58,645 bases of DNA from Xanthobacteraceae bacterium (GTDB taxonomy: Bacteria; Pseudomonadota; Alphaproteobacteria; Rhizobiales; Xanthobacteraceae): NCBI GenBank assembly GCA_036845065.1, contig DAIUEP010000002.1:8566-67210 (forward strand), in the 5' to 3' direction. Position numbers and translations under genes: made by a program. Shown one piece after another: positions 51,929 through 58,645 of this stretch. The notes under the pieces are model-generated. The model did not search any database. It worked only from the letters and a program-made list of their open reading frames with translations, and had not been told where the DNA came from. Positions within the stretch are counted from its first letter, which is position 1. Every line of letters begins with the position of its first letter.

Positions 51929-54295
51929 ATGATTCAAACGCGAACACTGGCGTCTATTGGCATCGCGCTTGCGGTGGCAGCGCTGCTGCCGGCGGCAGCA
52001 CTTCAAGCTCAAAACTCCACCTCATCTGCTGCAAACGACTATCACACGACCTTGCAGCTCTACTGCGTCGGCTGCCATAGCGGTCCGACGCCATTTGCAG
52101 GACTGAACCTGGAACCGCTGGACTTCGCCAATCTGGAGGCGAACGGCGAGATCTGGGAAAAGCTGATCCGCAAGCTGCGCGCTCGACAGATGCCGCCAGC
52201 CGGCATGCCGCGGCCTGACGATGCGACTCTCGAGTCGCTCGTCAAGTACGTCGAGAGCGGGCGCGATCGCTTGGCGGTGGTCAAGCCCAATCCCGGCCGC
52301 ACCACGCTGCATCGGCTCAATCGCACGGAGTATGGTAACGCCATTCGCGATTTGCTGGCGCTGGAGATCGACGTTGCCGACCTCTTGCCGGCCGACGACA
52401 TCGGCTACGGCTTCGACAATATCGGTGACGTGCTGTCGGTCTCGCCGTTCCTGCTGGAACGCTATCTGGCGACGGCAAGCAAGGTCAGCCGGGCGGCGGT
52501 GGGCGACACCACGATGCCCGTGTCCTACCAGACCTACACCGTTCCGCACGGGCTCAAGCAGCTCGATCGGATGAGCGAAACAACGCCGGTTGGCTCGCGC
52601 GGCGGCACCGCCATTCGCCATCGTTTCCCGGTGGACGGGGAATATGAGATTTCGGTGGCTCTGCAGCGGGGCAGGAACGAAGACATCCTGGGCATGAACA
52701 GGGAGCGCAAGCTCGATCTGCGGCTTGATGATCAAAGGCTGTCCCTGTTCACCATCGCGGCCAATCGGAATGCCAGGCTTGGCGGCGGCACCGCTCCTGA
52801 CGCGCATTTAAAGGTCCGCCTGCCGGTGAAGGCCGGGACGCACGAGCTGGCCGCGACCTTCCTGAAAGACACCGTGATCACGGAAGGCATTATTGATCGA
52901 GTCCGCGAAGACCAGGTGAGAACTTACTTCGAAGGCGTGGGTACGATCACGATTGCGGGCCCGTACAAGGTGCAGGGGCCGGGTACAACAGCCAGCCGAG
53001 AGAAGATTTTCATCTGCCGTCCGGCCGCGCGGGCCGATGAGCAGGCTTGTGCGCAGAAAGTCCTGACCAACCTCGCGCACCGCGCCTATCGGCGGCCGGT
53101 GACCGAGGACGACACGTCGCAACTGCTGTCGCTCTATGGGCAAGGCGCCCAAAGCGGCGGCTTCGAATCAGGCGTGCGATTGGCGCTGCAGAAGATCCTG
53201 GTGTCGCCCGATTTCATCTTCCGGGCGGAGTACGATCCGCCGGGAGCGGCTCCCGGGAGCGTCAACCGGATCAACGACCTCGAGCTCGCCTCTCGTCTCT
53301 CGTTCTTCCTGTGGAGCAGCATCCCTGATGACGAGCTGCTCTCGGTGGCGGAGAGTGGGCGGCTTAGGGACAAGTCCGTGCTGGCGGGCCAAGTCAAGCG
53401 CATGTTGGCCGACTCGCGCTCAAGCGAGCTGGTGAAGAACTTCATCGGCCAGTATCTGTACTTGCGCAATATCGAAAGGATATTGCCGGACTCGGGGTCG
53501 TTTCCGAATTTCGACGAGAACCTGCGTCAGGCGCTCGCGAAGGAAACGGAGCTCGTCGTCGAGAGCACGTTGCGCGAAGATCGCAGCGTCGCCGATCTCC
53601 TGAAGACAGACTACACCTTCCTCAATCAGCGCTTGGCCGAGCACTACGGGATCAAGGGCATCTACGGCAACGAGTTCCGCCGAGTTGCGCTGACCGACCC
53701 GCGGCGGCACGGCCTGTTGGGGCAGGCGAGCATCTTGACGGTGACGTCGTATCCCAACCGGACGGCGCCGACAATCCGCGGCAAGTGGGTGCTGTTGCAG
53801 ATCCTGGGCACGCCGCCGCCGCCGCCGCCGCCGAACGTGCCATCGCTGAAGGACGATGCGACCACGAAGAATCTGACCATGCGGGAGCGCATGGAGCTGC
53901 ACAGGTCGAATCCGACCTGCGCCGCCTGCCACCGGCTGATGGACCCGCTCGGCTTTGCGCTGGAGAACTTCGACGGTCTCGGCCAATGGCGCGACTCGAT
54001 TGGAACCGGGGGGGCGATTGATGCCTCCGGAGTGCTGCCCGACGGCACCAAGTTCGAGGGACCGGCGGGATTGCGTGATGTCCTGGTGAGCAAACAGGAC
54101 ATGTTCGTGGAAACGTTCACCGAGCAGCTGCTGACCTACGCGCTGGGCCGTGGTGTGGAAGAGTATGACCGCCCTGTTCTTCGCACGATCCTGCGTGACG
54201 CTGCATCGGAAAACCACCGGTGGTCATCCATCATTCTCGGCATCATCAATAGCGCACCGTTCCAAATGAGGAGGGTAAGCGATGGTAATCACTAG
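51929..54295 (+). CDS. DUF1592/DUF1588/DUF1587/DUF1585-family protein with N-terminal CxxCH (PSCyt-type)
   Basis: Signal peptide, CVGCH, then LRARQMPPAGMPRP, HRLNRTEYGNAIRDLL, GYGFDNIGDVLSVSPFLLERY, and C-terminal CAACH...DPLGFALENFD. GGGAGG RBS. Confidence 0.8.
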   Translation: MIQTRTLASIGIALAVAALLPAAALQAQNSTSSAANDYHTTLQLYCVGCHSGPTPFAGLNLEPLDFANLEANGEIWEKLIRKLRARQMPPAGMPRPDDATLESLVKYVESGRDRLAVVKPNPGRTTLHRLNRTEYGNAIRDLLALEIDVADLLPADDIGYGFDNIGDVLSVSPFLLERYLATASKVSRAAVGDTTMPVSYQTYTVPHGLKQLDRMSETTPVGSRGGTAIRHRFPVDGEYEISVALQRGRNEDILGMNRERKLDLRLDDQRLSLFTIAANRNARLGGGTAPDAHLKVRLPVKAGTHELAATFLKDTVITEGIIDRVREDQVRTYFEGVGTITIAGPYKVQGPGTTASREKIFICRPAARADEQACAQKVLTNLAHRAYRRPVTEDDTSQLLSLYGQGAQSGGFESGVRLALQKILVSPDFIFRAEYDPPGAAPGSVNRINDLELASRLSFFLWSSIPDDELLSVAESGRLRDKSVLAGQVKRMLADSRSSELVKNFIGQYLYLRNIERILPDSGSFPNFDENLRQALAKETELVVESTLREDRSVADLLKTDYTFLNQRLAEHYGIKGIYGNEFRRVALTDPRRHGLLGQASILTVTSYPNRTAPTIRGKWVLLQILGTPPPPPPPNVPSLKDDATTKNLTMRERMELHRSNPTCAACHRLMDPLGFALENFDGLGQWRDSIGTGGAIDASGVLPDGTKFEGPAGLRDVLVSKQDMFVETFTEQLLTYALGRGVEEYDRPVLRTILRDAASENHRWSSIILGIINSAPFQMRRVSDGNH

Positions 54296-55628
54296 GAAAT
54301 ACATCCCCCGCCGGGCCTTCCTGCGCGGGGCGGGTGCGGCGCTGGCCCTGCCCGTGCTGGACGCCATGACTCCGGCCCTTGCGGCTGAAACGAAGCGGCC
54401 GATCCGGCTCGGGTTCATCCAGGTCCCGAATGGGATCATGAACCTCAAGAACGAGTGGGCGCCCAAGGCCGAGGGGCCGCTTGAGATGACTCGAATTCTC
54501 GAGCCGCTCGAGAGCTTCCGCGACCGGATGGTGCTGATGTCGGGGCTCGATTCCCAACAAGCCGCGGGCCTCAATTTCGAGGTGGGCGGCGATCATCCGC
54601 GCGCTTGCACCGCTTGGCTCACCGGAACGCACGCGAAGATGACCTCCGGCGCCGACCTCCGGGCCGGCATCTCGGTCGACCAGATCGCGGCGCGGGAATT
54701 CGGCAAGTACACTCAGCTGGCCTCGCTTGAGATCGGGCTTGAGTCGCCGGAAGTCGTGGGCGCCTGCGAGTCCGCTTATGGCTGCGCTTATTATAATACG
54801 ATCTCGTGGCGCAACGAGACGTCGCCGCTGCCGATGGAGAACCGCCCACGCGCGGTCTTCGAGCGTCTCTTCGGCGACGCTGGCACGACCAGTCCGGAGG
54901 TGCGCATGGCGCTCCGGCAGGAGGATCGCAGCATTCTCGATGCCATCCTGACGGACGTCAGGCGTCTGCGTGGCAAGCTTGGCGGAGCCGACCGCGGCAA
55001 GATCGATCAGTATCTTGAGGCGGTTCGCGATGTCGAGCGCCGCATGCAGCTGGCGGAGAAGCAGGGCGACCGCCAGGTACCGCAGATCGAAGGTCCCGCC
55101 GGCGCGCCGGAAGTGTTCTCGGAATACTTCAAGCTGATGACCGATCTCATGGTGCTCGCCTGGCAGACCGACATGACGCGAGTCATCACGTTCATGATCG
55201 GCCACGAGATGAGCGGCCGCGCCTATCCGGAGGTTGGATTTGGCGATGCCCATCACCCCTGCACGCATCACCAGGGCGATCCCGAGAAGATCGAGAAGAC
55301 CGTCAAGATCAACACGTTCCATACCAAGATGCTGTCTTACTATCTCGACAAGCTGCGCTCCACGTCCGATGGCGATGGCTCGCTGCTCGATCACTCGTTG
55401 ATCCTCTACGGTGCTGCCCTGAGCGACGCCAACCTGCACCTCTACACCGATCTGCCGCTGCTGCTGGTAGGCGGCGGTGTTGGCGGGATCAAGGGCGGCC
55501 AGCATGTGCGCTATCCGAAGCGCACGCCGCTGACCAATCTGCTGCTCACCATGCTGGACAAGGCCAATGTCCAGGGCGTGGAGAGCCTGGGCGACAGCAC
55601 GAAGCGGCTCGATCTGCCGAGCGCGTAA
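54282..55628 (+). CDS. DUF1552 domain-containing protein with Tat signal
   Basis: RRAFLRGAGAALALPVLDAM ... the usual partner family of DUF1592. A 14-nt overlap with the upstream gene. Confidence 0.8.
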   Translation: MVITRKYIPRRAFLRGAGAALALPVLDAMTPALAAETKRPIRLGFIQVPNGIMNLKNEWAPKAEGPLEMTRILEPLESFRDRMVLMSGLDSQQAAGLNFEVGGDHPRACTAWLTGTHAKMTSGADLRAGISVDQIAAREFGKYTQLASLEIGLESPEVVGACESAYGCAYYNTISWRNETSPLPMENRPRAVFERLFGDAGTTSPEVRMALRQEDRSILDAILTDVRRLRGKLGGADRGKIDQYLEAVRDVERRMQLAEKQGDRQVPQIEGPAGAPEVFSEYFKLMTDLMVLAWQTDMTRVITFMIGHEMSGRAYPEVGFGDAHHPCTHHQGDPEKIEKTVKINTFHTKMLSYYLDKLRSTSDGDGSLLDHSLILYGAALSDANLHLYTDLPLLLVGGGVGGIKGGQHVRYPKRTPLTNLLLTMLDKANVQGVESLGDSTKRLDLPSA

Positions 55629-55642
55629 CGCCAAACGACAAG

Positions 55643-55667
55643 AAGGTCCCCGCACGGCGGGGACCTT
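55643..55667 (+). terminator. 10-bp-stem hairpin after the DUF1552 gene
   Basis: AAGGTCCCCG, CACGG loop, CGGGGACCTT. It starts 15 nt after the stop and has a weak U-tract. Confidence 0.55.
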
Positions 55668-55864
55668 CGGCCTCAGGTCGCTTGCGCGTGGCGCCCGAGC
55701 GACCTGTCTCTGAGCGATCCGTTCTCTGAACGATCGATATCTGAATGGCCCGCGGAGGCGGGCATGGCCCTCGAACGCCGGGAAACGTCTGGAAACATCA
55801 AGATCTGCGCGCGGGTTAGCGCGGCGGTCAGGTCGGCCGTTATCAGGTCGACGGTCGAAACGAT

Positions 55865-55939
55865 CAATACGCAAATCAACAATACGCGAATCAAACAAAA
55901 CAATACGCGAATCAATATGCAGTCAGATCAACGCAATCA
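55865..55939. promoter_or_regulatory. three 15-bp direct repeats CAATACGCRAATCAA (plus a degenerate fourth) upstream of the ankyrin gene
   Basis: Copies at 55865-55879, 55880-55894 and 55901-55915, with the degenerate ATCAACGCAATCAA at 55926-55939. This AT-rich patch lies 25-100 bp upstream of the ATG at 55964. Confidence 0.5.
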
Positions 55940-55963
55940 AACGGTCCAAGTGGGAGAACGCCG

Positions 55964-57448
55964 ATGAAGAAGTGCGCGATGATACTGGCGGGACTGCTGG
56001 CCTCGACGATCTTTGCGGGTGCCGCGGTTGCCGCCGATGTGAGCAACGTGCCGCTGGTGACGGCCGCAAAAGCGGGCGACCGCGCGGCTGTGCGTTCGTT
56101 GTTGAACGGCATCCCGCAGAAGGTCATCGCCGGGCCGGAGGGCACGGCGGCGCTGGTCTGGGCGGCCTCCCGCAACGACCAGGAGATGGCCGATCTGCTC
56201 TTGCGCGCCGGCGCAGACGCCAAGGGCGCCAATGAATTTGGCGCAACGGCGCTGTATGCGGCTGCCGCGAACGCGGAGCTGCCGATGACGGAGAAGCTGC
56301 TGGCGGCCGGGGCCGATGCCAATGCCGGGCTGCTGTCGGGCGAAACGCCGCTCATGCAGGCGGCTCGCCGCGGCAGCGTCGACATCGTGCGTGCGCTGCT
56401 GGCGGCCAAGGCCAATCCGAACGCGGCGGAAAAGAACGGCGGCCAGAACGCCTTGATGTGGGCGCTGTCGCAGCGTCATGCCGCGACGGCGGAGGAGTTG
56501 CTGCGGGGCGGCGCCGACGTCCACGCCGGGTCGAAGAGCGGGTTCACGCCGCTGATGTTCGCCGCCCAGCAAGGTGACGTGGACAGCATCCGCATTCTGC
56601 TGCGCGCCGGCGCGAAGCCGAATGACGCCCAGGCCGGGGCGCCGACGCCTTTGATCATCGCCAGCGCCATGGGCCATGTGAAGGCGGTCGATCTGCTGCT
56701 CGACAATGGCGCCGATCCCAACGCGACCGATTGGCGAGGTTACAACGCCTTGCTTCTCGTCGTGCGGGATTCGCACTACGGAATCGACCTGGCCTCAAAA
56801 GACAAGATCGTCGCGATCACCAAATCGCTGCTTGCGCACGGTGCCAACCCGAACTTCCGTCTCAAGCAGCCGAAGGCAATCACCACCAACGAGGTGTCGC
56901 TGGACGGCGCCACCGCGCTGTTGCTGGCGGCGGAAGTGAACAACACCGAGGCGGTCAAGGTGTTGCTGGACGCCGGCGCGGATCCGCGCATCACCACCGA
57001 GCAGGGCATGACCCCGCTGATCATGGCGGCCGGTGGCGGCACGGACATCCAGCGGGCAAGATCGCCCGAGGAGCGCGCTATGGCGATCGACACCGCCAAG
57101 CTGCTCGTGGAGCGGGGAGTCGACATCCATGCCGTCGGACAGTACGGCTGGACCGCGCTGCATGCGGCGTCCTACCAGGGCTTGACTGACGTCATTCAAT
57201 TCCTGGTCAGCAAGGGCGCCAACGTCAACGACATGGACGCTTTCGGGCAGACGCCCCTGAGCATCGCGCTCGCCGTGCTGGTGCAGGATATCGGGGCCCG
57301 CCGCCTGCAGATCCCGCGCCGATACCGGCGTGACGTGGCCGAGCTTCTGCTCAAGCTGGGTGCCACGCCGCTCGACAAGTCCGGCGTCGTGGTCGTCCTC
57401 CAGCGCACCGGGGATCTGGAGCTTGGGCGGGAAGCCACTCAGGAATAG
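55964..57448 (+). CDS. secreted ankyrin-repeat protein (about 11 repeats)
   Basis: Signal peptide MKKCAMILAGLLASTIFAGAAVA. Repeated G.TAL..AA..G....V..LL..GA..N units follow. Confidence 0.85.
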   Translation: MKKCAMILAGLLASTIFAGAAVAADVSNVPLVTAAKAGDRAAVRSLLNGIPQKVIAGPEGTAALVWAASRNDQEMADLLLRAGADAKGANEFGATALYAAAANAELPMTEKLLAAGADANAGLLSGETPLMQAARRGSVDIVRALLAAKANPNAAEKNGGQNALMWALSQRHAATAEELLRGGADVHAGSKSGFTPLMFAAQQGDVDSIRILLRAGAKPNDAQAGAPTPLIIASAMGHVKAVDLLLDNGADPNATDWRGYNALLLVVRDSHYGIDLASKDKIVAITKSLLAHGANPNFRLKQPKAITTNEVSLDGATALLLAAEVNNTEAVKVLLDAGADPRITTEQGMTPLIMAAGGGTDIQRARSPEERAMAIDTAKLLVERGVDIHAVGQYGWTALHAASYQGLTDVIQFLVSKGANVNDMDAFGQTPLSIALAVLVQDIGARRLQIPRRYRRDVAELLLKLGATPLDKSGVVVVLQRTGDLELGREATQE

Positions 57449-57675
57449 CTTCTGACGAGCACCGCCACGGTGCTCGCCAGCTTTGACGTTCCGCGCGGGC
57501 CCCGGCGTCCTTGAAGGACGATGAGGTCCGCGCAACTACGTTAGTGGGAGAGGTTGCGGCGCTGTCGCCTTGACCGATCCCAAGCGAGCCGGCACGGGCA
57601 CGACCGCCGCCAGAATACGGTCGACCGAGCACGGATGGAATCTACAAACTGAGAGGTCACAGGGAGTGTTGCGTC

Positions 57676-58137
57676 ATGATGAAGGTGAGGTGGTTCGCAA
57701 TTGCGGGAGCGTCGGTGCTGGGCTTCGCTCCTGTCTGGTTCACAAGCGCGCAGGCCCCGGCCCAGCAACCTTCAGCCCAGGAGCCGTCCCTCGCGCTCTA
57801 CTGTCGCGGCCCGCTGAGCACGTTCAGGACAGAGGGCGGGAAGGTCATCAAGACGCCCTTCAAGTGGGCGAAAGCGGCAGCCACTAAGGAAAATCCAGGC
57901 GCTGGCGAATGTGCGTGGGCCGATCTCCCGATCGAGAAGCCGGGCGGCGACAGCGTGATCCTGGGCAACCTTGGGCCGTTCGACAATATTCCCGTGGGGA
58001 CGATCGGAAAGGTTTGCGTCACCAAGGCCGCTGGCCAGAGCAACGATCTCATCGTCCGTCAGATCGTTCGCCAGCTTGGCCATGAGACGTCGCCGTTTCA
58101 CCGACCGCCGTTCTCCGCCGACGGCTGCCCGAGCTGA
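57676..58137 (+). CDS. hypothetical secreted protein (4 Cys)
   Basis: Signal peptide MMKVRWFAIAGASVLGFAPVWFTSAQA. No family recognised. Confidence 0.5.
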   Translation: MMKVRWFAIAGASVLGFAPVWFTSAQAPAQQPSAQEPSLALYCRGPLSTFRTEGGKVIKTPFKWAKAAATKENPGAGECAWADLPIEKPGGDSVILGNLGPFDNIPVGTIGKVCVTKAAGQSNDLIVRQIVRQLGHETSPFHRPPFSADGCPS

Positions 58138-58223
58138 CGATCCTGGCTGGCATTCATGTGGCGGCGATCGCCATGGATGGGTCGGAGCCATGCGCCAAGC
58201 CATACGCCATATGTGAAGGCATG

Positions 58224-58254
58224 CATTGGTGCAGGCATCCATTGGTGCAGGCAT
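58224..58254. repeat. 16-bp-period direct repeat x2
   Basis: CATTGGTGCAGGCAT at 58224-58238 and 58240-58254. Confidence 0.8.
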
Positions 58255-58271
58255 GATGGCACGACCTGACC

Positions 58272-58316
58272 GGCAACCTTGGGCATGGCAACCTTGGGCA
58301 TGGCAACCTTGGGCAT
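58272..58316. repeat. 15-bp perfect tandem repeat x3
   Basis: GGCAACCTTGGGCAT occurs three times without interruption, 50 bp upstream of the NosR-like start. Confidence 0.9.
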
Positions 58317-58366
58317 GAATGCGAATGCGCAATCGTCTTGCTGAGCGCCGCGTCGATACGCCGTCC

Positions 58367-58645
58367 ATGCACATTGAATTGCTGGCTCGCATCTGCATCG
58401 CCGTCATGATCGCGGTCTCGGCGCTCGTGGCCGCTTCGCCTGCCATTGCCGAAAAGGGCAAGCTGCGCGAGCGGCTCACGCCCGAGGTGATGGCGGTGGT
58501 CTTTCCCGGCGGCGCGGAGCGGCTCGGTCCGGAGGAGGGCACCCCGGGCGCGATCGCGGTCTACCAGGGCGACAAGGTGGCCGCCTTTGTGTTTTCGACC
58601 CTCGATATCGTGGCGGCGACCGGCTATTCGACAACGCCGTTCGAC
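58367..58645 (+). CDS. NosR/NirI-family membrane regulator-like protein, N-terminal 93 codons (continues off the right edge)
   Basis: MHIELLARICIAVMIAVSALVAASPAIA, then LTPEVMAVVFPGGAERLGPEEGTPGAIAVYQGDKVAAFVFSTLDIVAATGYSTTPFD resembles the N-terminal FMN-binding region of NosR-type proteins. The frame is open to the window end and is absent from the ORF track because it has no stop. Confidence 0.6.
   Translation, partial: MHIELLARICIAVMIAVSALVAASPAIAEKGKLRERLTPEVMAVVFPGGAERLGPEEGTPGAIAVYQGDKVAAFVFSTLDIVAATGYSTTPFD

Noticed and set aside
54246-55898. 550-aa minus-strand ORF
   Set aside because: It lies antisense to the DUF1552 gene and has no motifs.
58098-58316. Minus-strand ORF beginning MPKVAMPKVAMPKVA
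   Set aside because: The repeat-encoded peptide is an artefact of the in-frame 15-bp tandem repeat. There is no RBS and no family, and the ORF overlaps the 3' end of the plus-strand secreted-protein gene.
13875-58316. Short tandem repeat arrays considered as CRISPR arrays
   Set aside because: The units are contiguous or nearly so (7-24 bp periods) with no unique spacers of 25-40 bp. No cas genes are present.
1-58645. Prophage, integrative element or IS element
   Set aside because: No integrase, transposase, tRNA attachment site or terminal inverted repeat pair is visible. The only compositional anomalies are the small patches at about 29.6-30.5 kb, 47.5-48.3 kb and 55.7-56.0 kb.

Overview
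The window is a high-GC (about 64-65% by eye) alphaproteobacterial chromosomal segment. Its gene content and repeat style look Bradyrhizobium/Nitrobacteraceae-like, which is an inference. I support about 55 protein-coding genes. I saw no rRNA, tRNA, CRISPR array, transposase or integrase.

Most of the content is ordinary accessory metabolism and envelope functions:
- A Tct/Bug carboxylate-uptake and catabolic cluster (1-9205).
- A Rieske membrane redox operon.
- A SorAB-like sulfite dehydrogenase.
- A TehB/TerC/TerB-like stress cluster.
- A cytochrome b-EB_dh fusion with its reductase.
- An RTX protein with a complete type I secretion system.
- A PepSY/cytochrome b561/two-component module.
- UbiD, two periplasmic VOC proteins and an orphan modA.
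- A DUF1592/DUF1552 pair with a periplasmic ankyrin protein.
- The 5' end of a NosR-like gene.

The best candidate for an undescribed system is a compact four-gene plus-strand block at 14152-17901. It encodes an orphan 3-TM protein with a poly-proline tether, a membrane-anchored TIR-domain protein, and two secreted DUF4344-like paralogues. Both paralogues have lost the second His of HExxH.

The window is also unusually rich in short tandem duplications (7, 15, 16, 18 and 24 bp periods) and perfect hairpins at gene boundaries. Many long antisense shadow ORFs in the track are high-GC artefacts and were rejected.
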